Source: Candidatus Hermodarchaeota archaeon
Lineage (GTDB): Archaea > Asgardarchaeota > Thorarchaeia > Thorarchaeales > Thorarchaeaceae
Reading direction: 5' to 3'
DNA: 64,000 bases
Assembly (NCBI GenBank): GCA_048885865.1
Contig: JBHLLF010000001.1
Location: forward strand, 141,676 to 205,675
The first letter of the stretch is position 1. Every line of letters begins with the position of its first letter. Positions 21,011-30,651 of the stretch are shown in pieces. The notes under the pieces were generated by a model. It was given only the letters and a program-made list of their open reading frames with translations, made no database searches and was not told the origin of the DNA. A program made the translations under genes and the position numbers.

Positions 21011-21608
21011 GGTTTGGATCCCATGGAGTATCGACGAATAGCACCCTATGCGGTCGTGATTTGCGATCGATTATGACATGACCTCTCTCTGCTAGTACCT
21101 TGACATACTTCTGGACTTTCCCCTTCTTGATTTTGCTCCCTGCAGAGAGGTCTGCGTATGTCCCTCCTCTGGATTCCTGGATGACGCAGAGCAGCTGATA
21201 CTCAGGTAGATTGAGAACCACCGATCGTAGTGCGTCGTTTTCGCGAAGCACACCCTCCTCATCTGCCAAGAGTAGTCTGGAGACCTTTGCCTTCAATTTC
21301 GAGATTTCAGCCAAGAGCTTGACTCTATCAGATTCAAAACGAGAGAAGATGCCGCTAGAGGTATGTAGCAGCTCTGTGCTCAAGTCATTTGCGAGCCCGT
21401 CAATTGCCTCTCTGGACGCTAGACGTGCCTCTCTCACTAGACCAGTGAGGTCACTAGAGTCAAGCCATTCCCCATCAATGAGTTTCTCCACTTCAGAATA
21501 GTAATTCTCTAATCGACGTACCCAGAGATCACGTTTGCCTTGAAGCACACCAGCGATTCTCAGGGTTGACCTTGCCGCAGTATCTTCATGACTACTCATA
21601 TGGCTCAC
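20949..21608 (-). CDS. Hypothetical coiled-coil protein with C-terminal winged helix
   Basis: Heptad-like LLAEISKLKAKVSRL; TYADLSAG..KVQKYVKVLAERGHV. Confidence 0.6.
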   Translation of the reverse strand: MSHMSSHEDTAARSTLRIAGVLQGKRDLWVRRLENYYSEVEKLIDGEWLDSSDLTGLVREARLASREAIDGLANDLSTELLHTSSGIFSRFESDRVKLLAEISKLKAKVSRLLLADEEGVLRENDALRSVVLNLPEYQLLCVIQESRGGTYADLSAGSKIKKGKVQKYVKVLAERGHVIIDRKSRPHRVLFVDTPWDPNPTALNTQFHPDLETALRPHV

Positions 21609-21679
21609 TCTAGACTCTACTGCATTGACAGAAAATAGGAGCTAGTGTCACGTAGATATGATGGACTATCATACATAGT

Positions 21680-22492
21680 CTAGATCCAAGTAATGGTGTT
21701 CAGCAATTCTTCGATAGGTCGTGGGAAGTAGTCTTGGTGCCTTAATCTGGAGTCAGCAGCAAGTTCAGTGCCTTCATCGAAGACTAGGTGCTCAAGCTTC
21801 ATTGCTCCAAAGATGGAAGAGATGTTCAATGTATTGAAATGATTGCCGTTCAAAAGCAGATATCGCAGGTCGGTGAATCTTGCCAGCGGTGAAAGGTCTA
21901 GCCGTGTTAGGTTGTTGTTAGCTAGAACCAGGTACTGCAGACGGGTGCATCTGACTAAGGGCATGAGGTTCACTTCACTTAGCTGGTTGTTTGATAGGTA
22001 GAGCCACTTGATGCCTCTTAGATCCGCAAGTGGTGAAAGGTCGATGGTGTTCAATCTATTCTGTGACAAGTCAAGAGCTTGCAGCTTGGATGACCGGCTG
22101 AGAGGAGAAAGATCGATTGTTTCAATCTGATTGTCGCTTAGAATCAACATCCTCATGTTGGCACATTCATACAAAGGATCAAGGTCAACCTCTGATATGG
22201 CATTGGACTTCAAGTTCACAGTTTCCAGGTCTCTAAACGAGGCTAATGGGACCAAGCTAATATTGGCTATATTCATGCCCTTCAGGTCGAGGTCAGTGAC
22301 ATAGATGTCTTTGTCTGTTTGAAGTTGCTCGCCTACCTCTGTGGTAAATCTAATTACGACCCTACCCAGTTCTACCGACTCCTCTCTCAGGCTGATTTTT
22401 ACAATACAAATTGCCTCATGACTTTTACGCTCTTCGCGTGCCGCACATATTTCCATTTGTGCATCGATGTAAAAAGGTTCTGGGAAGTACAA
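21680..22492 (-). CDS. Leucine-rich repeat protein (true start probably downstream of the ORF-track start)
   Basis: About eight 22-aa repeats of LxxLxLSxNxLxxIDLSPL. Confidence 0.9.
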   Translation of the reverse strand: MYFPEPFYIDAQMEICAAREERKSHEAICIVKISLREESVELGRVVIRFTTEVGEQLQTDKDIYVTDLDLKGMNIANISLVPLASFRDLETVNLKSNAISEVDLDPLYECANMRMLILSDNQIETIDLSPLSRSSKLQALDLSQNRLNTIDLSPLADLRGIKWLYLSNNQLSEVNLMPLVRCTRLQYLVLANNNLTRLDLSPLARFTDLRYLLLNGNHFNTLNISSIFGAMKLEHLVFDEGTELAADSRLRHQDYFPRPIEELLNTITWI

Positions 22493-22537
22493 AATGAAAC
22501 CAAATCATGCCATTTGCATCGTGCGGTATGTTCGTTC

Positions 22538-23095
22538 CTAGTACTTAACAATACGAGTCTTTTCGACGTGTGCCCATGGAATCGGATCTGGTGTTGTACT
22601 CTTTATTCGATTCACAAGTTCTAGCATCCCTTCTGGATTATGAATGTCACCAAACTCCATTATAGCTTCCTCCTCGTCGTCCTTTGTGTATATTCTGAGG
22701 GCGCCTAGGTTTATCACCCTGGACTGAGGTGGGGTGTGAATCTCGAATCTGTCAATCTCATCATAGAAGACTCGAGTTGTCATTCTATTATACGAGCCTT
22801 TCATCACACGCAGATTCCATGTTGTGACAACATAGACAGTGTATCTTTTCTTGTATTCCCCAATGCCCCATAAGAGCAGAGCGAAGAGCATTCCTCCCAT
22901 CCCCAACCACCACGCAAGCTCATCATATGCAACGACTCCCGCAGCCACTGATATCATGAAGAGCCACCCTATAATGAAAAAAACGGCACCGAGAACATAC
23001 AGATACAAGAATCCTGTTCGTGCGGGATGAAATGTCGCCAGAAGTTTCTCGCGGTTCTCCTGTGGAATGACTAACTGCTCGGTCATGGAGATCAC
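22538..23095 (-). CDS. Membrane protein with bacterial PH (bPH_2)-like domain
   Basis: 2 TM followed by YVVTTWNLRVMKG...RVINLGALRI. Confidence 0.7.
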   Translation of the reverse strand: MISMTEQLVIPQENREKLLATFHPARTGFLYLYVLGAVFFIIGWLFMISVAAGVVAYDELAWWLGMGGMLFALLLWGIGEYKKRYTVYVVTTWNLRVMKGSYNRMTTRVFYDEIDRFEIHTPPQSRVINLGALRIYTKDDEEEAIMEFGDIHNPEGMLELVNRIKSTTPDPIPWAHVEKTRIVKY

Positions 23096-23139
23096 GGAAG
23101 GTGACCATCACATCGGTCTTATCAAGTTGTCGCGGGCAA

Positions 23140-23778
23140 TCATCTAGGAATTATCGCTCCTTCTTCGGGAATGATACATTTTCCATCAGGAAATTCATAT
23201 TGGAATTGCTTGCAGAACGATTTTGGCCTTCTAAAGAGCCAATGCATGGGAACGACAGTTGGGAGAGGGGTATTGAACTTGGCCAGTTGTTCAATAGCAG
23301 AATTTGGGGAGGTAGCGACAAGGCCACTAATTGGAAGTGCGAACAGGTCTAGATTCTTATCACCAAATCGCTCTAGGTCGACCGAATCTCCGCAGTGACC
23401 AAAGGCGAATCCATCTGATTTAATGATGACTCCATAGACCACAATCCCTCGGAAGAAACCATGTTCACATTCTACGAATTCTAAAGTGAATTCATCGAAG
23501 TTTATCTCTTCACCCAGCTTTGCTTCGACAGCTCTCTCTCTCCATTTTCCCAACGCATCTATCACTTGTCCATTTCCAACCAGTAATGCCTCAGGATTTC
23601 GCTCAAGGAAAATGCCTACTCCTCTTGTATGATCAAGGTGTTTGTGAGTACAATAGACAACGTCGCCATCATGATCTCCTGACTTCTTGTTTGACGGATC
23701 GATCAGAAGGCTCTTAGTCCCAAACCTAATTTGAAATCCGGATTGTCCTAGGAATCTTATTTCTGGCCATTTTGACAT
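23140..23778 (-). CDS. Metallo-beta-lactamase-fold hydrolase (UPF0173-like)
   Basis: FLGQSGF, THKHLDH, HCGDS, VPMHW. Confidence 0.9.
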   Translation of the reverse strand: MSKWPEIRFLGQSGFQIRFGTKSLLIDPSNKKSGDHDGDVVYCTHKHLDHTRGVGIFLERNPEALLVGNGQVIDALGKWRERAVEAKLGEEINFDEFTLEFVECEHGFFRGIVVYGVIIKSDGFAFGHCGDSVDLERFGDKNLDLFALPISGLVATSPNSAIEQLAKFNTPLPTVVPMHWLFRRPKSFCKQFQYEFPDGKCIIPEEGAIIPR

Positions 23779-23903
23779 ACTTAGCACCAAGCTCAATGCT
23801 TCAGATGATTAGCATGCGCTCAGCTTTATATTCATTCAGGAGAATCATACCCCGAGTCTGAGACTATGAATCCCTCAGACTCCCTCGGGGTGTATTAGCG
23901 AGC

Positions 23904-24851
23904 ATGCAGGATGTCGTGGTAATTGCGGCTTTACTAAGGGAGATATCATTTGGAATTCTTCTCGTTGGACTATTCTATACATTTGGAATGTTTCTGATTG
24001 GTAGATTGGTTTCAGCAATAGGCGAACATGGTACAGATCATGATGTCGAGAAGGAGGTTGACCATGATGTGGAACATGACGTTGACCATGGTGAGATAGA
24101 ACACGAATTGGATCATGAATATGATATGGATCATGGAGACATCGATCATAGTATTGAACATGAATATGAGGCGGACCACGAGCTAGATGCTGGCTACGAA
24201 CACGAGATTGGGCATGAATTGGAAAAGGAAATTGATCATAGTATTGACTATGATGTTGACCATGAAGTTGACCACGATGTGGACCATGATGTGGATATGG
24301 ACCATGACGTGGAGAAGGAATGGGATCAAGAGGTTGATATCGACCATGAACTGGATGTGGAGAAGCAATCAGGTTTCTTCGAGAGCGATAGAGGGGCACC
24401 TCTTGGTGTGACAATCGGAACTTCATTGCTAAGTTTTGGCTTCTTTGGCTCTATCATTTACTACGATGGTATTGTGATTCCGTTTGCAGGCAAGTTCCTT
24501 CTTCATTTTCTTGGAGCTGTTTTAGTGGTGTACGCAGTTAGAACCGTTCTTGGAAAAGTGTTTGTTGAGTCCGGATTCATGATAGAGCCACGTCATCTTG
24601 TAGGCAGGCATGTTGAAGCAGTTTCGACTATCAGTGACAATTTTGGCGAAGTGCGAACTGACACTGACATGGGCTTGAGACGGTTTCATGCGCGTCCCTT
24701 TCAGAAGGGAGTTGTTTTTGAGAGAGGTACTGGCCTATATGTGGTGTCCGCGAACGAGAAGTTTGTCTATGTGGATCCGCGAAAAGAAGCACTGAAGTGG
24801 AGCCATAGGCAAAGCCAGAAACGCAGTGAAAGTGAAAAAGAAGAAGCCTAG
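23904..24851 (+). CDS. NfeD/YqiJ-like flotillin partner with long His/Asp/Glu repeat
   Basis: TM - (D/E)H(D/E)x repeat - 2 TM - OB-like C-terminus (LVGRHVEAVSTI..GEV); directly upstream of the SPFH gene. Confidence 0.75.
   Translation: MQDVVVIAALLREISFGILLVGLFYTFGMFLIGRLVSAIGEHGTDHDVEKEVDHDVEHDVDHGEIEHELDHEYDMDHGDIDHSIEHEYEADHELDAGYEHEIGHELEKEIDHSIDYDVDHEVDHDVDHDVDMDHDVEKEWDQEVDIDHELDVEKQSGFFESDRGAPLGVTIGTSLLSFGFFGSIIYYDGIVIPFAGKFLLHFLGAVLVVYAVRTVLGKVFVESGFMIEPRHLVGRHVEAVSTISDNFGEVRTDTDMGLRRFHARPFQKGVVFERGTGLYVVSANEKFVYVDPRKEALKWSHRQSQKRSESEKEEA
24024..24364 (+). repeat. Coding 12-bp-period repeat encoding (D/E)H(D/E)x
   Basis: GAYCAYGAN units, e.g. DHDVEHDVDHGEIEHELDHEY. Confidence 0.9.
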
Positions 24852-25123
24852 AAGGCATTTCTGTGCGCAGGTTTATATCAAGAGAAATCGATAGTCATAC
24901 AGGTGCGTCTGACCTCAGTGAACTACCATCTGAGAGATGATTCAACAGGAGATTCGAAGGCAAGGACTGAATCCACGAGGGCCAAGTCTGACTCAGAGAG
25001 TCTGCATGTGATGGATGCAGGGGCCAAGGCAATGACTTGGAGACTGAAAATGCATATTCAGAGGACAATAGGTCAACTGAGGAGGAGTACTTGAAAACAC
25101 AATTGTGTGAGTAGAAAGAAAAA

Positions 25124-26440
25124 ATGCAAGCAGGAATACTTGATTGGTTAGCAGCAAACCCAGCTCTTGCCATCGCACTGTTTGGCATTCTGGGTATACT
25201 TTTGCTATCCTTCTACATAGTGAAGTATGTCAGGATCTTTGATCCAAACATATTCTATGTACATCTTAGGAAGGGTAAGGCAATTAAGCAAGGAGAGGGC
25301 GGCATGGTAATTCGAATTCCATTCTTGGATAGAATACTTGCCGTGGATAGAACCGTTCAGCAGCTCAATATCTCTGCTGAGTCTGTGCTCTCAAAGGAGA
25401 AGCAGAAGATTCGGTTGAGTGCTGTACTTCAATGGCAGGCAGAGAATGCTATCGCCACGATAAACAATGTGAAGTGGGGAGAGATACCTCCTCGGCTTAC
25501 AGCTATCATTGAATCGGTCATCCGTACCTCTTGTGCTCAATTGGAGGTCGAGAGTATTCTAGAGGAACGTCAGCTGATCATCGAGGCAATCAAGAAGGAA
25601 CTGACTGACATCGTCAGTGAGTGGGGGCTCAAAATCGTTACAGTCGAATTAGTAGACGTAGTAGTGGTTAACGAGCTGTTTCTCCAAGACATGTCAAAAC
25701 CAAGAGAAGCAGAAATGCATAGGCTTGCTCAGATTGCTCAAATCGAGGCAGAGCAAGAAACAGGTGTCAAAGACATCGAGAGATCTAGGATGCTAAGGCA
25801 GAAGGAAATCGAACGTGACCAGCAAATTGGTGTGCAGGAACAAGCCCAACTCAGAGCTATTCAGGAATCAGAGAAGCAACGTGAGCAAAGCGTTCTAGAG
25901 ATAGATCTTCAGAAAGACCTCATGCAGAAGCGATATGAAAAGCAGCAGGCTGAGGTCGAAGCTGCGAAGGATCTAGAGGTTGCTAAGTTTGCTGCTGAAG
26001 CTGAGAAGCAGAAGAAGATCAAGCAGGAGGTTGAGGTGCAAGCTCAGAGAATTCTGCAAGAAGCAAAGGCCGATGCAGAGAAGATCAGCATTGTAGCTGC
26101 AGCTGATGCCGAGAAGATCATAAAGGTCACAAGCGCTGAAGCTGAGGGTATCAAGAAGACTCTAGCCGCTGCGAAGGATTATACGCCGCAGGCATTTGCG
26201 AGAGATTTTCTCCAGATTCTTCCAAAAATCTACGAGCAGATAGACATTGGCGACATCACGCTGTTTGGCGGCGGAGGCAATGGTTCAGATGCTGGTGAGG
26301 ATGGAGGAGGAGCCGGTGCATTCCAGATATTCGGAAATGTACTACTTCCCATGATGCTGATGGCTAGAATGATGGGCTTTGACTTCCAGGGCTTGATGAA
26401 AGACTCTCTTGGAAGCATGGCGATAGATAAAGCTGCTTAA
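25124..26440 (+). CDS. SPFH/band-7 flotillin-like protein
   Basis: N-terminal TM, SPFH core (IRIPFLDR, WGLKIVTVEL), long EA-rich coiled coil. Confidence 0.9.
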   Translation: MQAGILDWLAANPALAIALFGILGILLLSFYIVKYVRIFDPNIFYVHLRKGKAIKQGEGGMVIRIPFLDRILAVDRTVQQLNISAESVLSKEKQKIRLSAVLQWQAENAIATINNVKWGEIPPRLTAIIESVIRTSCAQLEVESILEERQLIIEAIKKELTDIVSEWGLKIVTVELVDVVVVNELFLQDMSKPREAEMHRLAQIAQIEAEQETGVKDIERSRMLRQKEIERDQQIGVQEQAQLRAIQESEKQREQSVLEIDLQKDLMQKRYEKQQAEVEAAKDLEVAKFAAEAEKQKKIKQEVEVQAQRILQEAKADAEKISIVAAADAEKIIKVTSAEAEGIKKTLAAAKDYTPQAFARDFLQILPKIYEQIDIGDITLFGGGGNGSDAGEDGGGAGAFQIFGNVLLPMMLMARMMGFDFQGLMKDSLGSMAIDKAA

Positions 26441-26454
26441 CATGTATATTCCGG

Positions 26455-26487
26455 AGCCTGGAGATGGACTGAAAGCCTCTCCAGGCT
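26455..26487. terminator. Hairpin between convergent genes
   Basis: AGCCTGGAGA-N13-TCTCCAGGCT, perfect 10-bp stem. Confidence 0.6.
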
Positions 26488-26512
26488 GCACCTATTTTGA
26501 AAAGTTCAATCA

Positions 26513-28288
26513 CTAGAGCCCTTTGTAGCAGGGCTTGCCTAGCATTTGAAGGAGTTCCTTTCTCAGACTCTGTTCTTGAATGAATCCATTCAATTCAACA
26601 TCACAGAGCTTAATCGTTGGCAATACGGGCATCTCATCCTCAGGCAATTCTACACTAGGATCATCGACATTGATGGATTCTATGATTGAGCTAGCAATGC
26701 TGAGTTCTTCCATGACTCGCAGCAACAGGTCATAGACAGGCTCACACCAGAAGCAGTGAGTCGATTTATAGAAGGTGATGCATTTCTTGCCACCGCAAGG
26801 CAAGTCAGTTTCATCAGTCCACGCTGGGAAGACACAGACAAACTTGGCTCCTTGTGACGGGTCTCCCTCAACGCGATCCTCAACCCAAATCTGCCCATTG
26901 AGACTTCTTACAATATTGTCAGCCAGTGTAAGTCCAAGACCTCTCCCTACCACTTGCGCATCAGGATGTCCGCTCCTCTTGAAGATGAACTCCTTTAATG
27001 GATCTAGAATGCCGGGGCCATAGTCAGCGAACTCTATGCGTACAAGCCGTGAGTCAATAATCTGCGCAATGATGTCTATCTCCACCAAATCCCTCTCATC
27101 ATACATTGCAGAATTGTGGATTATGTTGAAAAGAACCTGTGAGAGGTACTGATGCCCTGGTATGTGGAACTTCCCCTCACTGATATTCGTATTGACCTTC
27201 AACTCCTTCCAATGGAAATCTATTCTTACTGATTCGACTGCGGCGACTAGGTGACTATAGATGTCTGTCTTTTCTAGACTTGGGGGCTGGTCTCTAAGTG
27301 CCATGATTGTCCTCATATTGGCAATCATTCTCGCAGATCTTCTGACATTCCAATTCGCCTGTTCCATTTGTGCCTGCAAGCTCTCTGGAATTTCCATCTG
27401 TGATTCTAGCAAGCCCATCGCAAACAAGATAGATTGGTTAATGTTGTTGAGGTCATGAGTAGCAACTTCTAGATAGAGATTCGCCCTCTCCTCTTCCATC
27501 CTTTCCCTTTTCTCTGCAGTCTTTCTTCGATCAATATCAAGGGCCATTAGTCCAATTCGACTGGACCTGCCCGGCTTGTCCAAAGGGCCAGCTGTGACAG
27601 TTACCCAAATGGGCTTTCCATCAGCCCTCCTCATCATGATCTCTACTCCGTTTACTGCTCCTCCTTGAAGTATCTCATTGAAGACAAGCTTTCCTGCCTG
27701 ACTATCCATTGGGTCTCCGGGAAGAAATATTTCAATATTCCTTCGAATCATCTGTTCTTCTTTATGTCCAAGGAGTCGCATTGCGGCTTGATTAACCTGG
27801 AGAATAATGCCTCGAGGGCTTAGCGTGAAGTACGCTATTGGTGAGGAGTCAAACAACTGGCGGTATCGTGATTCAGATTGCTCAATCGCAGCTTCCAGCT
27901 TGAGCTGCTGTGTGATATCACGCACAATTCCAACCTTGGCAGGTGCTCCTTGGTAAACAAAGTCTGCAAGACTGATCTCCGCCATAACCGAACGACCAGT
28001 TCTTGTGACCAAATGGATTCGATAGCTTGGGGAAATGTCTGACGTTATGTCAAAACTCTCAATCTGCTCTTTGAACTGATGAGATGATGCTGGATCAAGT
28101 AGGCTAACGAATTCCTTTCCAAGAAGTTCGCTCTCTTCAAACTCTAGCAGCTTTGAGAATGCTGGATTGACCATCGATATCAGGTCGTCCTGAATCACCA
28201 CTATTCCATCATTTGCCATCTGGAGGATGCTCTTGTACCTGTCATTTGATACAACACGTTCCTCAGGCACATGAAACACATCCGGCAT
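26513..28288 (-). CDS. PAS-PAS histidine kinase with C-terminal thioredoxin-like domain
   Basis: Two PAS domains; H-box ATHDLNN; N-box NIIHNS; DYGPG; GRGLGL; tail FYKSTHCFWCEPV...LPTI; start approximate. Confidence 0.88.
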   Translation of the reverse strand: MPDVFHVPEERVVSNDRYKSILQMANDGIVVIQDDLISMVNPAFSKLLEFEESELLGKEFVSLLDPASSHQFKEQIESFDITSDISPSYRIHLVTRTGRSVMAEISLADFVYQGAPAKVGIVRDITQQLKLEAAIEQSESRYRQLFDSSPIAYFTLSPRGIILQVNQAAMRLLGHKEEQMIRRNIEIFLPGDPMDSQAGKLVFNEILQGGAVNGVEIMMRRADGKPIWVTVTAGPLDKPGRSSRIGLMALDIDRRKTAEKRERMEEERANLYLEVATHDLNNINQSILFAMGLLESQMEIPESLQAQMEQANWNVRRSARMIANMRTIMALRDQPPSLEKTDIYSHLVAAVESVRIDFHWKELKVNTNISEGKFHIPGHQYLSQVLFNIIHNSAMYDERDLVEIDIIAQIIDSRLVRIEFADYGPGILDPLKEFIFKRSGHPDAQVVGRGLGLTLADNIVRSLNGQIWVEDRVEGDPSQGAKFVCVFPAWTDETDLPCGGKKCITFYKSTHCFWCEPVYDLLLRVMEELSIASSIIESINVDDPSVELPEDEMPVLPTIKLCDVELNGFIQEQSLRKELLQMLGKPCYKGL

Positions 28289-28402
28289 GCAGTTAACGCA
28301 CATCCAATGTTCTGGGATACAATGCAATAGACCTAGCTGATTTGGAACGCTCATAATGTTTGCTAGTCTAGTGTTATCATCATCATTCAGAAGGCCGCAT
28401 AG

Positions 28403-28435
28403 ACAATATTTTAATACTTATTCAAATGTTAAAAT
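28403..28435 (+). promoter_or_regulatory. BRE/TATA plus imperfect ArsR/CadC-type operator
   Basis: ACAATA-TTTTAATA followed by imperfect inverted repeat ATTCAAATGTTAAAAT just before the GTG start. Confidence 0.45.
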
Positions 28436-28438
28436 GTT

Positions 28439-28762
28439 GTGACTACGCAAGCTAATGACCAAAATGAGGCTGACCTAGACCAGATAGACGCGCAGAATAT
28501 ATCACGGTTGTTCAGCGCACTTAATGATGAGTCAAGGGTTAGAATAGTCAACCTGTTAATGCGGGAAGAGAAGATCTTTGTTTCTGAGATTGCAAAAAGG
28601 ACAGGCCAGCATATCAGTAGCGTGAGTCACCATCTGCGAATTCTCAAAGACCTTGGCTTTGTGAAACATGAGCGCGACGGAAAGCATGTCTATCACATGC
28701 TGGACGACGATTGTATCAGAGACATCATGGAGAGAGCGATAGAACATGTTGCTGGAAAGTGA
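28439..28762 (+). CDS. ArsR/SmtB family metal-responsive regulator
   Basis: FSALNDESRVRI, SVSHHLRILK, ERDGKHVY. Confidence 0.92.
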   Translation: MTTQANDQNEADLDQIDAQNISRLFSALNDESRVRIVNLLMREEKIFVSEIAKRTGQHISSVSHHLRILKDLGFVKHERDGKHVYHMLDDDCIRDIMERAIEHVAGK

Positions 28763-30650
28763 AGCAGCTTGCACTCATTGCGCAAAGCATGAAGAAGAGG
28801 ACACCAAGACAAGCATGACTGAAAAGTATGCTCTTGCAGTACTTGCAACCGTCACTTGGTCGGCCGCAATTCTTGTAGAGCTGCTTTGGCAAAATCAGTT
28901 GTTTGTCTATGGACTATCAATCGCCGCACTTCTAATGGCAGGGAGATGGATTATCCCAAGAGGACTCCGAGGTGCCGCTAAGATTCATCTGGACATCAAT
29001 TTCCTGATGACATTTGCAGCTTTTGCTGCACTTATCATAGGTGCACCTTTGGAGGGAGCCGCAGCTATGTATCTCTTCTTCATTGCCAATCTTCTAGAGG
29101 ACAGAGCGAGTGAGCAGGTTCGGAATGACATCCAGGGACTGTTAGAGCTAGCACCACCTATGATCTCGATTAAGGCCTCTGGGGGAATAGTGGAGGTACC
29201 AGTAGAATCAGGCCAGATAGGCGAAGTCTTCGTTGTCAAACCGGGAGACAGAATCGGCCTTGATGGAATTGTTGTTTCTGGCACCACCAGTGTGAACCAG
29301 AGTCCGATCACCGGAGAATCCGTGCCGGTCTCAAAACAGGCTGGCGACACAGTATACGCTGGAACAATAAACATGGATGGTTCTGTTGAGATTGAAATTA
29401 CCCATCCGTCCAATGAAACCGTGCTCTCTCGAATAGTTTCACTTGTAGATGATGCCCGTAACAAGAGGTCACCAACTGAAAAATTGGTTTCCAGGGTTTC
29501 TCATCGATACACTCCAATGGTAGTGGTTGCCTCCGTTGCAATGGCGTTACTAACCTTCGCTTTTGGATTCACATTAGAGGAGGCTATCTATAGAGGACTA
29601 ACATTGCTTGTCACATCTTGCCCGTGCGCATTTGTCATCTCAATTCCGGTTAGCATGGTCAGTTCAATTGCGGGATCTGCAAGGAGTGGTGTTCTTGTCA
29701 AGGGATCCGAATACATAGAAGCACTAAGCAAATCATCAGTAGTTGCTTTTGATAAGACTGGCACCCTAACTGAGGGAGTGCTTCAAGTTGAAAGCATTAC
29801 ACCAGTAAATGGAGCGACCAGAGAGGAAGTGTTGCGACTGGCAGGATCATTAGAGATGTTTTCGGAGCACCCAATTTCCCGGGCAATAACACAACTAACT
29901 GAGATAGAAAGGATTACCCCAAGTGAAGTAGATTCCTTTCAAGCAATAGCTGGACGCGGAGTCACAGGAATAATTGCTGGCGAAAGAGTCGTCGCTGGAA
30001 ACAAGGGCTTGATGGTGGATGAGGGGATTGATGTCGATGGCGGTGTATCTTCTACGATTGGCACAAATGTCTATGTAGCAAGGAATAGCACTCACGTTGG
30101 GACCATCAGACTCATGGACTCAGTTCGTCACACCGCAAGGAGAGCAATCCAGAACCTTTCCGCAATGGGAGTAAGGTCGATAATGCTTACAGGGGATAAT
30201 CATGCCACAGCCCGTCATGTAGCTGAAATTCTTCAGGTAGATGAATTTCATGCGGACCTCCTCCCTCATGAGAAGGTGGAGGCTGTGAAGGCAATCTCTG
30301 ATGAAGGAACTCATCTATTCATTGGCGATGGGATTAATGATGCACCTGCGATGGCCGCATCTGATGTTTCCGTCGCGATGGGCGTTATCGGATCTGATTT
30401 AGCTTTGGAAACAGCGGATGTGGCTCTGATGGAGGATGACTTGGAGAAGATTCCCATTCTGATTCGACAAGCCAAGAAGACAATGTCTATTGTGAAACAA
30501 AACATTGCGGTTTCAATTGGAATAAAGGCGGCGGTAGCAATATTGGCCATAGCAGGATTGGCAACACTCTGGCTAGCGGTTGGAGTGGGTGACATGGGAG
30601 TTTCATTACTTGTGATTGCAAATGCTCTGAGACTTGCTGTGCGTCGCTAG
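28746..30650 (+). CDS. P1B-type heavy-metal (Zn/Cd/Pb-type) ATPase
   Basis: TGES, SCPC, DKTGTLT, SEHP, GDGINDAP. Confidence 0.92.
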   Translation: MLLESEAACTHCAKHEEEDTKTSMTEKYALAVLATVTWSAAILVELLWQNQLFVYGLSIAALLMAGRWIIPRGLRGAAKIHLDINFLMTFAAFAALIIGAPLEGAAAMYLFFIANLLEDRASEQVRNDIQGLLELAPPMISIKASGGIVEVPVESGQIGEVFVVKPGDRIGLDGIVVSGTTSVNQSPITGESVPVSKQAGDTVYAGTINMDGSVEIEITHPSNETVLSRIVSLVDDARNKRSPTEKLVSRVSHRYTPMVVVASVAMALLTFAFGFTLEEAIYRGLTLLVTSCPCAFVISIPVSMVSSIAGSARSGVLVKGSEYIEALSKSSVVAFDKTGTLTEGVLQVESITPVNGATREEVLRLAGSLEMFSEHPISRAITQLTEIERITPSEVDSFQAIAGRGVTGIIAGERVVAGNKGLMVDEGIDVDGGVSSTIGTNVYVARNSTHVGTIRLMDSVRHTARRAIQNLSAMGVRSIMLTGDNHATARHVAEILQVDEFHADLLPHEKVEAVKAISDEGTHLFIGDGINDAPAMAASDVSVAMGVIGSDLALETADVALMEDDLEKIPILIRQAKKTMSIVKQNIAVSIGIKAAVAILAIAGLATLWLAVGVGDMGVSLLVIANALRLAVRR

Positions 30651-30651
30651 A

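Noticed and set aside
23875-24426. 183-aa His/Pro-rich antisense ORF
   Set aside because: Shadow of the 12-bp coding repeat on the opposite strand
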